A model generated the notes under the pieces. That model had not been told where the DNA came from, made no database searches, and was given only the letters and a program-made list of their open reading frames with translations. Below, in pieces: positions 26,571 through 40,713 of a DNA stretch of 64,000 nt. Numbering within the stretch: position 1 is the stretch's first letter; each line of letters opens with the position of its first letter. Made by a program: the position numbers and the translations under genes. Source of the DNA: Octopus vulgaris (lineage: Eukaryota). The stretch covers positions 29,636,001-29,700,000 of the forward strand of contig OX597815.1 of the NCBI GenBank assembly GCA_951406725.2, given 5' to 3'.

Positions 26571-28463
26571 TCATCATCATCATCATCATTTAGCGTCCGT
26601 TTTCCATGCTAGCATGGGTTGGACGGTTCAACTGGGGTCTGGGGAGCCCGAAGGCTGCACCAGGCCAGTCAGATCTGGCAGTGTTTCTACAGCTGGATGC
26701 CCTTCCTAACGCCAACCACTCCGAGAGTGTAGTGGGTGATTTTATGTGCCACCGACACAGGTGCCAGACGAGGCTGGCGAACGGCCACGCTCGGATGGTG
26801 TTTTTATGTGCCACCGACACAGGTGCCAGACGAGGCTGGCAGACGGCCACGCTCGGATGGTGTTTTTATGTGCCACCGACACAGGTGCCAGATGAGGCTG
26901 GCGGACGGCCACGATCGGATGGTGTTTGTTACGTCCCCAAAGCACGGAGGCCAGTCTATGCGGTACTGGCTACGGCCACGTTCGGATGATTTTCTTGTGT
27001 GCCACCGGCACTGGTACCACAAAGATACAAATTCCATTGATGTTCATCTATTTTGATTTGTTTTGATTTGATTTGATTTGATTTGATTTGATTTTCACTT
27101 GCCTCAACAGGTCTTCACAAGTGTCACAAGAAGGAAGGTATGCACAGGTGGACTGACTACGTCCCAAGTAGGGGCCACGGGTTATGGCCTGACTAGTCTT
27201 GCCGGGTCTTCGGATGGTGTTTTTATGTGCCACCGACACAGGTGCCAGATGAGGCTGGCGAACGGCCACGATCGGATGGTGTTTGTTGCGTGCCCACAGC
27301 ACGGAGGCCAGTCGATGCGGTACTGGCTACGGCCACGTTCGGATGGTTTTCTTGTGTGCCACCGGCACTGGTACCACAAGATACACATTCCATTGATGTT
27401 CATCTATTTTGATTTGATTTGATTTGATTTTCACTTGCCTCAACAGGTCTTCACAGGTCTTCACAAGTGTCACAAGAAGGAAGGAAGGTATGCACAGGTG
27501 GACTGACCACGTCCCAAGTAGGGGCCATGGGTTATGGCCTGACTAGTCTTGCCTGGTCTTCGGTTGGTGTTTTTATGTGCCACCGACACAGGTGCCAGAT
27601 GAGGCTGGCGGACGGCCACGATCGGATGGTGTTTGTTATGTGCCCACATCACAGAGGCCAGTCGATGCGGTACTGGCTACGGCCACGTTCGGATGGTTTT
27701 CTTGTGTGCCACCGGTACTGGTACCACAAAGATACAAATTCCATTGATGTTCATCTATTTTGATTTGGTTTGATTTGATTTGATTTGATTTTGATTTTGA
27801 TTTTCACTTGCCTCAACAGGTCTTCACAAGTGTCATAAGTAGGAAGGTATGCACAGGTGGACTGACTACGTCGCCGGGTCTTCGGATGGTGTTTTTATGT
27901 GCCACCGACACAGGTGCCAGATGAGGCTGGCGAACGGCCACGATCGGATGGTTTTCTTGTGTGCCACCGGTACTGGAACCACAAAGATACAAATTCCATT
28001 GATGTTCATCTATTTTGATTTGGTTTGATTTTCACTTGCCTCAACAGGTCTTCACAAGTTTGGTTTGATTTTCACTTGCCTCAACAGGTCTTCACAAGTG
28101 TCACACACTTGCCTCAACACGTCTCCACAAGTGTCACACACTTGCCTCTGCCTCAACAGGTCTTCACAAAGTGTCACACACTTGCCTCTGCCTCAACAGG
28201 TCTTCACAAGTGTCACACACTTGCCTCAACAGGTCTTCACAAGTGTCATAAGAGGGAAGGTATGCACAGGTGGACTGACTACGTCGCCGGGTCTTCGGAT
28301 GGTGTCTTTATGTGCCACCGACACAGGTGCCAGATGAGGCTGGCGAACGGCCACGATCGGATGGTGTTTGTTGTGCCCACAGCACGGAGGCCAGTCGATG
28401 CGGTACTGGCTACAGCCACGTTTGGGTGGATTTCTTGTGTGCCACCGGCACTGGTACCACAAA

Positions 28464-28465
<2 letters not shown>
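26568..28465 (-). repeat. RTE-associated SINE-like element with (GAT)n tail, internally amplified into a complex satellite
   Basis: ggcgttaggaagggcatccagctgtagaaac motif; 62-bp units at 26741/26803/26865; ~320-410-bp higher-order units. Confidence 0.8.
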
Positions 28466-28541
<76 letters not shown>

Positions 28542-28544
28542 GTA

Positions 28545-28629
<85 letters not shown>

Positions 28630-28739
28630 GTATATGTATTAATGTTTGTTTTTACGTTCAGTAATATTAAAAACAATTTTACATTAACCTGATGGGTTAC
28701 CGTATACTTTTGCAGAGTACAAGTTCATTATTCATAAAC

Positions 28740-28840
28740 AAGAATGCTGTTGACAGTGATTTCGAAGTTTCAGCCAGCTAAGCCAATGTCGGACAATGGC
28801 TTAGCTGACCGAAACTTCGAAGTCACAATCAGCAACATTC

Positions 28841-28842
<2 letters not shown>
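28740..28842. repeat. ~100-bp palindrome of two hammerhead-like halves
   Basis: Axis at 28791; each arm has GAAActtcgaa(G/A)TC; same family as 56517-56580. Confidence 0.75.
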
Positions 28843-28907
<65 letters not shown>

Positions 28908-28909
<2 letters not shown>

Positions 28910-29126
28910 TCCTACGCAAAATACTCTCTTTGTAATCCCAAGGTTTAAAACAAACTTTTTAAAAAAAAATTTATTTATTAGACATTCACTAGTAGAATAC
29001 CCCCCCCCCCAAATATATGGCACACTAGGGATAACAACAACGTGAACTTCCAACCTGTTGTCTCTTGAGGTCTCTGGGTGAAACTTGGAGCCAACTTGTA
29101 CAGACATAAAGCAAAAGTCAAACGTA

Positions 29127-29127
<1 letters not shown>
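28908..29127 (+). mobile_element. 3' end of a second Dong-like family between (AAT)n tracts
   Basis: ILRKILSL* resembles the ILRRTLSIQ* terminus; followed by 3' UTR and (AAT)n. Confidence 0.6.
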
Positions 29128-29209
<82 letters not shown>

Positions 29210-29257
29210 TATATGTGTGTGCGTGTATGTGTGTGTGTATATATATGTGTGTGTGCG

Positions 29258-29288
<31 letters not shown>

Positions 29289-30082
29289 ATGTGTGTGTGT
29301 GTGCGTGTGTGTGTGTGTTGTGCTGTATTTGCTTGACAACCGGTGTTAGTTTGTTTACGTCTCTGTGACTTAGTGGTTCGGCAAAAAAAGCCGATAGAAT
29401 AAGTATCAGATTTTCAAAAAATTGAGTACTGGAATAGATTTATTTCGACTAAATCCTTCAAGGCAGTGCCCCAGCATGGTCGCAGTTCAACGACTGAAAC
29501 AAGTAAAAGATGTTTCTGTTTGTATGAGAGAGCATCGACTTCTGCAGAGGTGGCTAGGTTACTTAGGTTCAATTCCTAAGACGGGCATGGGGTTATTTTT
29601 TAGCCAAGACATTATTTTACTTAATTCAACCAGCGTAAACAATTAATAAATCTATTTCAGTCGAATTATTGGGTTAATAGCAAAGAAAGGAGACGTACTT
29701 AGGCAGCCTGGATAGCGTTCAAAAATATTGATCGCGAATTTATATTCTCATATGTCTCGCCAAGATAAAGCACTTAACCGCCCCACCCGCTTTGCAAAAA
29801 TGTTTTACGCTCTATTAAACAATCATTATTAGAAAAAACGGAGTTTGATTGAGGAGAAAATCGATCGTAGAACCCATTCTACAGATTTGTGAACTTATAA
29901 CCGTATGGGAAATTATCTGTACTTTTATGAGAATAGTGGAAAAATCAGCTGAGGCTCTGTACAAAATGATTTGTATTTGATTATGTTCCTTTAAGTTCTG
30001 AGTTCATTTCCTTGGTTTTCAGCTTTCATAGTCTTTGTGATCGACTTTCTTCTTTCCCACAGAATTTGTGCCTATGTATTAA

Positions 30083-30143
<61 letters not shown>

Positions 30144-30148
<5 letters not shown>

Positions 30149-30276
30149 TAGTTTTATTTTTATAGCGTGCTTTCACTTCACTACCGAGCGCAGCTCTGTG
30201 TGCCTTAGGTATGTGCTGTGATTTGTTGTGGTGCTCTGATGGTTATTGTATGGAAAGTGTTCTGCGTAGGATGTGT
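30144..30276 (-). mobile_element. 3' end of the same Dong family as 25090-26287
   Basis: Reverse complement of 26155-26287; (TTA)n on both sides. Confidence 0.88.
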
Positions 30277-30290
30277 ATTATAATAATAAC

Positions 30291-30355
<65 letters not shown>

Positions 30356-30367
30356 CATCATCATCAT

Positions 30368-31478
30368 TGCCTTTGCACGGCTTCTAACGCTGGAGATGTA
30401 CTGCGGTATCAGTTGTTCTACCAGTGAACTAAGGTAACACCTCTTATTTTTTGAGCACCTTCCGGAGTATTCGGGCGGTTCCAAGCAGTACTGTTTTCTG
30501 CAAGTGCTCCACCCTTATTTCAGCCCCTATTTGTTCCACATACTTCTCTAGATTTTTGTTCACTGTTCCCAGGGCTCCGATAATTACTGGTACTACTGCT
30601 ACCTTTTTCATCGACCACAACTGCTTAACTTCCCAAACTAACCTGTCATTTCTCTCCACATTTCTTTCTTCCTTATCGCATACCTTGTCAGCTGGGCATG
30701 CTGTATCTATGATCCAGCTTAGTTTGTTTTCTTTCTCGATTAAGACTATGCCTGGCTTCCTATTCTCTATCTCATGGTCGCACTGAATCATAAAATCTCA
30801 TAGGATCTTTGCATTTTTATTTTCGACGATGCCTTCGAGTTTATGGTCGTACTAAGTTTTTGCTCTGTCAAGTCCATACTTGTTGCAAAGTGTCCAATGA
30901 ACAAGTCTGGCTACATTGTCGTGGCGTCTCTTATATTCCTTCTGGGCTAGTGGTGTACATTAGCTGGTAATATGCCATACGGTTTCACCATTTTGTCCAC
31001 ATATTCTGCACTTATCACTTTCTGCTGTGTTGTCTATTCTGTATTTTATGTAGCTTGTTCTTAGTGCTTGCTCTTGGGCAGCACAACTTAGAGCCTTCGT
31101 TTCCGGTTTTAAATTACTTTTAGTCATCCACAGCTATCTTTTTTCTTTGTCTGTCTTATATTCAACATCCCTATGAAATTGACTATGCATTCTTTTCTTT
31201 ACCTACCTATTTTCAGTTTCATTCGGTTTCAGTTTCTTGTACAGTGCTTTATCTTTGCAATCTTTCATCCTACATAAACCTGACATTCTTACTTCTAATA
31301 ATAGTGGTTCTGTGGCATTTTTTACATACCATGCTATGTTGTTTCCTTCTGCTCTAATGCTGTGTTCACATCCAATAAGTCTTCTCCCCGCTCTTTTTCT
31401 TGGTGCATACAGTTTGTCTGTGTCCCTTTTTGGTAGGAGTGTCCCATATCTAGTTAGTTACTTCCTTGTCTTTCTGAC
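30368..31478 (-). mobile_element. Degenerate R4/Dong-type element, third family
   Basis: CRICGQNGETV.HI, RHDNVA, RKPGIV..IIDTACP, VPVIIGALG, LLGTARILRKVL; stops present. Confidence 0.85.
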
Positions 31479-31479
31479 A

Positions 31480-31820
31480 AGGCACCTTGGGTAAGTGTCT
31501 TCTACTTAAGTTTCGGGTCGACCAAAGCCTTGTGAGTGGATTAGGTAGACGGAAACTGAAAGAAGCCCATCGTGTTTATAAACTTATATATATATATATA
31601 ATTTCTAAGTGTGTATCTTTGTGCTTGTGTTTGTCCTTCACCACCGCTTCACAACCGGTGTTGGTGTGTTTACGTTCCCATATTTAAACAAATAAAGAGA
31701 GACAGAATAAGTAAGAAGCTTTAAAAAAACAGTACTGGTGTCAACTTGTTTGACTAAGCCCTTCAAGTCGGTGCTCCAGCATGACTGCAGTTTAACGACT
31801 GAAACATGTAAAAAGTAAAA
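31480..31820 (+). mobile_element. SINE family B (5'-truncated)
   Basis: ggcaccttgggtaagtgtcttc...gactgaaaca matches 43860-44310. Confidence 0.75.
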
Positions 31821-32277
31821 AAAATAAAAGGTAAACCATCGACCGAAAACACTCACAAACCCCTACATCTGATATAAATAGATCTCGAGTCTCTTTTGAC
31901 GTTACGCATGCCAGTTGTTCAAAGAACAGACTCACTGAATTGTAGTGTAAGCGGCTGAGTAAAAAATTCCACAGATACTTGCACAATAACAAGTTACATG
32001 ATCGGCCATTTAAATTATAGATACAGTCCATGCGATAGGTTTCCATCGGTCTAATTTTTCTCACGAGGCGTGGGTAAATCCAAGGCTGTGATGCGATGCA
32101 GTGAGATTAAACGGCAGACCTCGTGGTTAAAAAGTGAAGTTCTTAACCAATCAGTCAAGTGTTACAACCGTACAGCTGATATACGCAGTCCTACATTTAC
32201 ATAGATAAACATGGTGGAAAAAGAGACAGATAAAGAAACAGAGTTATTATTATCCTGACAACAAAAAAGTTTCTTAC

Positions 32278-32494
32278 TATCATCGAGTTGTTTCTTTTTG
32301 GCATCCACGTCAGTCCTAAATTCATCCATAAGTTGTTTGTTTTGCTGATCAGATATTTCTCCTGAACTTACAAGTTGTTTAAGCAAATCATTAACCAGAT
32401 TAACTGTATTCTCTACACTATCTTTCTCTTCTTTTTCCCGCAGTAACTTCTTCTCGGCTGCTGTTTGACGAATTAGCTGTCTTGTATCGAGGTT
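32278..32494 (-). CDS. EVC2: EVC2/limbin-like exon (NLDTRQLIRQ...LLKQLVSSGEISDQQNKQLMDEFRTDVDAKKKQLDD)
   Basis: cttcag acceptor, A|gtaaga donor, 217 nt, phase 0-1; resembles recalled human EVC2 LIQKHERAGYLDEDQMEMLLERAQTEVFSIKQKLDN. Confidence 0.88.
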
Positions 32495-33686
32495 CTGAAG
32501 AAGGAATTGCAACAATGAGCAATTTAGTTATTCTGTCAATAGTTAACTTTGAAAATTCGTGGATCAAAATCATTCAATTTCTAAAAAAAGAAGTTATCAT
32601 TAGTTATCATTATCAAACATCGATTAGCTTCTTTGTAACTTGAGAATTAATCATTCAACTATCCCCAAATAATAAACCAAAAAACAGCAAATTGTTACGA
32701 ATTAAGTAAAAACAGCAAAACACTTTGTGAAAAAATATGCCTTAATATTTGTCTAATTCTGATTTAAAAGTTAATTGCTTTCTTTTGGTTTTTCTGTATT
32801 TACACGCAAGAGAAAATGGGCGGTGTGACATGTTTGTTCAGGGCTGTAACATACTGGAATAGAGAAAATGAACTTGGGGAATAAATATTTTCTTTTTTTG
32901 GCGAAGGAGAGTAAAAGTAAGGTAAGTTAGAATAACAGGCGAGTGTAGCAGAAGGTAGTGTCGTCAAATGAGGCATGGGTAAGATGTGCTTATGTATACA
33001 ACTCTGAACAAACACCGTGTTTTTTATTCCATTTTCTCTTCTCGTCTTCTTCTTTCCTTTCTCCCTTTTTCTGTTTTGATGAAGGATCATTTTCCAAAAA
33101 GTCAACTATTATTTTTTCGCTTCTACTACAATGTCCAACACACTGATTTTTGCCTTTTTCAGTTGCGTTTCTTTATATTTTTCATTGTGGCTTGTATCCA
33201 ACTTAGATATTATTTATTTGGGGATAATCTTATCACACTGACGTAAACTTAATCCAGATTACACCTGGATTTATACACACACACGCACATGCAGATGCAC
33301 GAATATCCTGGACATTTCTGTTAAATTTTTGTGAGGCTCTATCTCACATCGTGTAGAGCTTTATGCTTGTTTTTGATTTGGACCTGATTTTTAAGTAGAC
33401 TTATTCTGTCTGACGAATTGTAACGTTTTTATCGGCAATCTACCGAAGGCGCCACCAACGAGATCCCGAGAGACAAATATTTGTTTGTTTCATTCATGAA
33501 CTCTCGAATTCCAAGATAAAGTGTCGAGCACTCACAATTTGTTGAGAGTATTGTAATATTCGACCTATAGATTAAAACTAGACCTATAGAGTAAAATTAG
33601 ACCCATAAAGTATTGTAAAATTAGAGTATTGTAAAATTAGAGTATTGTAAAATTAGATCCATAGAATAAACAAATAAATGTCTTAC

Positions 33687-33770
33687 CTGCATCATCTCCT
33701 TCTGACTGGTGTCGTTGTTCATCGCAATCTCTGATTCTACATTAAGTAACACGCTGTTTATTCTGTCAAT
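33687..33770 (-). CDS. EVC2: EVC2/limbin-like exon (IDRINSVLLNVESEIAMNNDTSQKEMMQ)
   Basis: atttag acceptor, CAG|gtaaga donor, 84 nt, phase 0-0. Confidence 0.85.
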
Positions 33771-35899
33771 CTAAATAATCAAGAGAAAGGAAAGAAAATA
33801 ATTCTATAAAGAAGGGATTGTAAGGTTTTGTCTAAGTACATGGTTAGTATTACAAGACGTTCAAATGTAGTTGATTGAAGCCTTTTTTATATATAATAAT
33901 AACACAATCAATTCTTGAATCATTTTAGTTTTCTATTATAATTCAAGCCACATCTATGATGCTTCATAAAGATATAAGTCGTCACTGTATTTTGCATTTT
34001 CCTTTACTGACCCCTAGAAGGAGGAAAGGTAAAACTGATCTTAGTAGGATTTGAACATATTATATAAAAGACCGAAAGTAAATACCGTACCACATTTAAT
34101 TCGATACTCTAACAATTCTGTCAATCTATAAAGTATGTTACTATGTGTTATAGAGCAATGCTATCTGTTGCAACGCTATGTGTTGAAATGTGATATTTTC
34201 CAGTGTAATTTATTGCAAAGCAATAAAATATGGTAACTTACTGCAATCATGCTACTGTTGTATCTTGCTACAATGATAGAATTCTCATAATTTATTTCTG
34301 TAGTATTTTAAAACAATCGTACAGATGTAATAAATCATCATGATAATGCGATTTATGGCAATAGTACAAGTGTGATATTTTTAATTGCGATACATATAGG
34401 ATAATTTACTACAATGATGTGATGTTCACGATAACCACATAATAGTTTACAATAACAGAAAATTAAGTGACATGTGTGATAATTGTTTGCAACGACCAAG
34501 ACATAATGCCATATATTTTACTATAATTTAAAGTCACGTTGCAAAAGTGATAACGCATATGTAATAATTACTATGACAGCGATGTGATAATTTGTTACCA
34601 TAATAGTAATGTGCCTGTCTATTACCATTGCACAGTGCACGCCATCAGACATTCATAGAAGGAAAAGCACTGCAACTTCACCAAATATGTACATGAATAA
34701 ACAGAGTACACAAGTGTTTACTAGATTAAAATACAACAGGAACTCGAAAATTTGCTTGATGCTATAATTATAGAAATATATTTCAAGATTAGAAATGTAC
34801 TAATTGCAGGAATACAAAATATTGAAGTATGGCAATTTATTAAATATGAAATTTTGAAAATAGATAATAATTTTGTCTTACGACTGAAGAATCAACATTT
34901 TCTTCCGATAATTTTTTCCCAATTTTTTTCATTTCTTTTTGATATTGGCGCTGAAACAAATAAAAAAACAAAATTGGTCCTCTATATCTGAATAGTTTTA
35001 ACATAGGATGTTCGTTTTCTGAATATTATCTCCATCATCAATGTGCTTTAACTGGCACTTTTTAACTACTGGGTCTGATGTTCTCACCAATGTATTTTTG
35101 TTACATGGTAGTTAGATATAGGTTCCAGGCTCTATCTCTGAATGAGTTTAAGAATAACTCTTCAAGATGATTGGCGAGAATACCGATCACCTAATTGAAA
35201 TATAATATCAGCAACGCACCCAGGGTATTGAAACAAACAACAGTACAAACAATTCATCTGAGGAAAAAAAGTTATGACGTATGATTATTGCAATTTCTAG
35301 TTTTATAAGAGAAGTGTGCCATTTTTTAGTTCCTCAGTGCCATAAGACTGTATATTTAACTGTCACCCGATTTAACACCAACACATGGACACTGAGTGCC
35401 TTTAGTGGGGTCTAGTCTATTGAAAACATTCAGGCCAGGTATTCAATCTGAAGGTAGCTTTCATCTTTCCTCTCCTCTGTCACTCTCGGAGACACTGAAG
35501 AGGATCATAGGTGCCGCCCTTCCTCCCAAATAATACATAAAAAATAACTGTATCTGTTTTTAGGGTTATCAGCAAGAACTATGAACGTGAGTTCCCTCTA
35601 TTGTTAAGTTTGCACTCTGTTACTGCGAGAGCCTTTATTAAGGAAATTTCAAAAGAGCTAGGTAACCTGATTTTGTTACTTAAACTTTATTTTTCCGCTA
35701 GAATGATATATTTCAGTCAGATTAAATACGAAGCTTTTATCTGCTCTCTGTTGGAGATCAGTAATCAATTCATTAGCTGTGCAGTGGCAAATCCAAACTT
35801 GCTGTGCTTCATGTTTACTTGCTAACGACCAATATATAACTATGACAACTGGCCGTGAGGTAATATATATTCAATCAATGAAAGTTTATAGCCAAGAGA

Positions 35900-37800
35900 A
35901 GTCGTTGGTATAGCAAGAATCGAAATTTTCCTCCATCGTTTCCAATCATCAACTAGCCTCATGTTTTCCACCATCTTCATTCCTTGCTGTTGCTCAACCA
36001 TCCCGTTTGTGGTCTTCCTGCATCTCTTTTACAGGGGGTTTATCCACGTGGGGTGTTATGGCATTGTACTATATGACCATACCACTTCATTTCTTACTCG
36101 CTAAATAGTATTCTGGGCTAAAGCTTCTCTCTACATGTATCAGCCAGTTATTAATGAAGCATATATTTTCAATCGCTAAGAAGAGTAGGCTCTAATAGGA
36201 TTATAGCATCATCATTATCTGTCCTCACAACTATTTGTTGGATAGTTCTTCGACTGGGAAAGAAAAAGGGAAATATTTATTTCTGCCACCCTTTTCACGT
36301 TCCTCATCACATTTAATTTATCACCTGTACTCAAAGATACGTTTAATTACTTTCGTTCTCTTTTCTAGATTAAATACCGGTGGCTACTTCATAACTGTCA
36401 CTTTCCCTTCCAACTGAAGGCCATTCAAAATTACTCACAACATCGTGTTAGTATTGTTCTTTGGTTTCGGGTTAGATATGATCGAGTAGATCCATAATCA
36501 AATCGTTGCAGTCGAAACTATTCCGTAGTTTTATTTAGATATTATGTATGAAAGAACGCATTATATAATGTGTCCATCCATTTTAAACGTTGGGGTGGAA
36601 TTTAAAGGAGAGTTTGGAATAATAGCTCAGTCATTAGTTTGACTTAAGTATTTGTACCATAAGAGATACTAGGAAATCAGAAAGAAAAAATATAACACAG
36701 TGTACCAAACTAGCCAAACGGATAGTTTGGTACACTGCGTTATATTCTCTCATTTCCATACTTTCTCCATCGTATGAGATTGTCTGGGGAAGGAAAAAAT
36801 ATCATTTGTTAATTTCATTAGAAGTCCAGTTGCTATGAATTCTCACTTCTCATAAACTATTTCCAACTTGCAATGTATTTTTCTTACATCAAACATTGCT
36901 CTCGTTGCCTATTTTGCTCTGAGTAAGCTGCTCTCTCCTCCTTTGTTTATACTGCTTCAATTAAGTCTCTGTTGAGTTCCTTTTATTTAGTGACAATCCT
37001 GTTGAGTTCCTATTACTTGGTGACATTTTAAGACTTTAATTTACTAAGTTTTTTCCTCAGGTTATCTGACAGTAAAAATTACATATAAGTAAGTATAACA
37101 GCATGCTTAGCGCTAATTCATACTCTTTTGCTAGATTCATCTCGAGAGCTGCGGCTCAGCTGGGGAAATACCGTTTATTTTGCTATACTTTCATTACATG
37201 AAAATCTCCTCTGATATGTGGCAGCTAGTGAATGAATTCAATGTTGCTACCTTCATTAGCGTTTCTTACCGCGAGGTAGGTTCATCGGGAACTCTTAATA
37301 GGAGGAAATTCAGTTTTGCTTTGAATATACCTACACCTAACCCATCTACTCCTCTCAGTGTTTTTTTTTTGAGGATATTGAAAAGCTGCAATCCATTGAA
37401 ACCCAATATGTAGCAGCATCTGGTCTTGTATGTTGATGGCGGTGTTGGGGGTCATTGGGACTATGGCAGTGACACTCCGTTTTGGTGCTTGTGAAATTTT
37501 CAATGCCAACATTTTGGTACAAGTCCTTCCAGGATTTTCGAGATTTATATCACTGCATATCTTTCTCGCCTTCGTTCTTCGGAGTACAGATCAGTTCTTA
37601 TCAAGCAAGCTCATGACCAAAGTTGTTCCAACATCAGTCATGCTATCGTTTTGTACTTCTGTATTACATCTCCTAATCTGTCCTACCTTTTTTCTTAAGA
37701 TGGAAGAAAGGATGTGAGTTAAGTGAAATTGGCTGCTACTTCCAGCCGCTTGAGTGACCGTTTATTGGTTCCTTCATTATCAGCCATGCTGATTCTATTT
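35900..37800 (-). pseudogene. Highly decayed RTE-like LINE remnants
   Basis: LALKI...VTAIVPMTP endonuclease-like segment; GHI...GRP..W...WKRWRKI 3'-end-like segment; many stops. Confidence 0.45.
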
Positions 37801-39242
37801 TGTTGCCAATCTCTAACATGTTCTCTCCTTCGATAATGATACATAGAGTTGCACAGAAAGTTTATCTGATACCTTTTATTGCTTTAGTTAAGTTTGTTTT
37901 GAGTATATATGATTGACTAAAGCCCGGTATAACACTGAACAGAGCTCAGTATAACATAAAGTTTAATTCATTGATGCTTGTAGAAATGAAGGGTCTAGAA
38001 GCTCCCCACAGGATTTGAACTCAGAACAACAGATAAACCAACTAGTTATAGTGAAGCATGCAGTTTGGTGTTCTACGGCGTCTGATATTTCATCCGCACA
38101 GTTGGAATTCTATTCTTGACAACATTTGCCTTGATGTATAGTTTATAACTGATAATATAAATTTGTAAGGAATCCTCAAACTTTCTGTCTCCAACTTACA
38201 CTGTTTCTGATATAGAATCGACCAGTTAGTTGATTGGGCTAGCTACTACTAATTTGCCTCACATATCGAGTAAAAGAAAGCATGTCGAGCGAAAGGTTTG
38301 CTTAAGATTAACATAAAAAGGAATCTGTAAAGTGTGTCTTCTCAAAATCTGACCATTTTCGAAGCTTTCATGAAAAATTATTTCATGAATATTTCATTTT
38401 TACCATTTCCATCTCTGACCCAAGACAAAAATAAATAACAGTCCTGCTATATTTCCTCTTTGCTATCTTTCAACACTCAATTTAGATTCGATAAACATAT
38501 AAAACTATTATCTACTTTCTGCGAAGGTCTTAGGAAGATAACAATTGAAAGATTTCTGAATATTTTGAAATAATAATTTTATTCTTTGGTGTTGGGAGGA
38601 AAGATAGTACTTGTCATATAATCTAAGCTCCCACAAACCCTGAAGATTAGGTGACTTTAGAGCAGAATGTTGAAGGATAACTTCTGAATAGGAAATTAAT
38701 TCCAGTAAATTGCAATCCTTAAGTAAAAAGATTGGATAAAGTGAATACTTTGATACTTGTAATTTCTCTAGAAGAGACCAAATAGGAACAAATTGAGGGT
38801 TGTCAACTAGTTTGAAAGCGTTAGAGAGTATGAGCTTCCATAACCGATGGTCTTCTAACCGAATAACTATATTTTTACAAGTTAAAAAATTCAACAAAAT
38901 GTTTAGGTAATAGTGCGAACATTCATTCTCAGTTTCAAGTATTTCAGTTTAATAACAGCTTCGACACACTGGGTTGATGTTGGCGACATGACAGCACGTA
39001 TCCATCGCTGGTGTTATTGTCTTTCTCTCATAGATGCACCGATGCACCGTGATATGTACTAGATAATTTACGGAGCTAACCACAGCATGTTTTACCAGCA
39101 TTTCATCATAAATAATTCTGCTTTTTTTTAAAGGCTTATCTATAAGTCTATGTATATTCTCAATAGAAGTTAATTAATTCATTAGAATATTCTTGTTCGA
39201 AAGTATGGAAGAAAATCTCGTTAAAATAGAATTGAATGTTAC

Positions 39243-39329
39243 CGCAATTTTCTTAGAAGCTCTTTTTTGTTCAAATTCTAGGTAGAATTCATCCTTATCG
39301 TTCCTGAACATTTTCTCCCGTTCTGTATG
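39243..39329 (-). CDS. EVC2: EVC2/limbin-like exon (HTEREKMFRNDKDEFYLEFEQKRASKKIA)
   Basis: Long T tract + tttag acceptor, GCG|gtaaca donor, 87 nt, phase 0-0. Confidence 0.8.
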
Positions 39330-40713
39330 CTAAAAGAAAAAAAAAAGGCAAAGCACGAATAACAAACAGAACAGAAACAAATGATGAATGATAGAAATGT
39401 AAAATATCATGAAACAAAAGAAATAAACAGATGATAAATGATAGAAATGAAAGAAGAGAAACAAAACATGAGATAATCGAGAGAAAAAGATGATGGATGA
39501 TACAAATGAAGAGCAGTAAGAAGAGAACAAAATATATTTGCTTTTCTTTTGAGTCTGTTCAGAGTGTATTGTGAGTTAGAAGGAGAGCTGCTACTAGCCA
39601 AGAAGTAAGGTGGTAGTCACTGAACGAAGAACGTTTCTAAGATAGTTCGCATCTCATCGTCGGTGATGTGCTTTCCCCTGGCAAAAACGAAAATCAAAAG
39701 CAAAACAAACTGAAACAAATACTAATACAGATCTTACCGGCCCGGGTACTCTAGTTGTTAACAGGTACCATAAGAAGGTACAGTTACCAGTGAGCGTACT
39801 ATGTTATTGACGACTGTTTTGCCAACTAGGAATTCTGAGGTCAAACACTTCCATAACTGGAAGGCGATGCCTATATGATATAATCATTACGGAACATTGT
39901 ATGGTGCGTGGAATTATGTTCTGGAAAATTCAATGTCGGGTGGGTTTATTAAATTCTAGGGCATTACTCGACGGGTAGGAGTATCTTCTCGGATATTTCA
40001 TATTGGGTAAGACTATATTACGGAACAATACATGTTGTAAGGGTGAGACTATATTATGGGAAGTTACATGTTGAATAGAAGTTTATCATAGAACACATGT
40101 TGAGCTGAAGTATATTGTAGAATACAACATGTTAGAAGAGTGAGATTATGGAAATTATATGCTGGATGGGATTATAGTCTGGGGCAGTATATGTTAAATA
40201 GACTAAACTCTGGGACATTAGATTTTAGACGAGTCTATATTCTAAGATGTGGCATATTTTGGTATGTCTATTTTCTTGGAGTAAGTGTTCGTTACAAATA
40301 CTATTTGTTTCACAATTATTGTTCATAATTTTATCCTAAAGGAATGGTATTGCTTATATCTAATGAGTTCCTTAAGATCAGAGATATGGAATTGGCAGGG
40401 TTGCTGTTATTGTTTATATCTAAATCAGCCTTGACGACCAGTGCTATGATCAAAGGACAGTTCGTTCCAAATTCATAAAAAATCTTGTTTTTTCCAAGCA
40501 AAATGTGCCGAGGACAAAACTATGCAATATGTTCTACGATGGTAGGATGTAATTTGAAGGCATTTTGGCTTCTAGCAGCTGCAGAATTTACGTAACGGTT
40601 CGTTAACTCGAAATGATAAGGTAAAATTTGAGTGGTGATAAAAACAAGAATGCAGGTCTTGTATTATGTTCAGAGAAATAAGTGTAGGAAAATGTTATTG
40701 TTACTATACTTAC

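Noticed and set aside
26740-28465. CRISPR-like array or hammerhead (cCAGATGAggctggcGAAC)
   Set aside because: Spacers are repeated rather than unique, the context is eukaryotic with no cas genes, and the core deviates at essential positions with no valid stems
35104-35189. Candidate exon VIGILANHLEELFLNSFRD (minus strand)
   Set aside because: Runs into TAA, and the only donor is phase 2, incompatible with the next phase-0 exon; could be a relic
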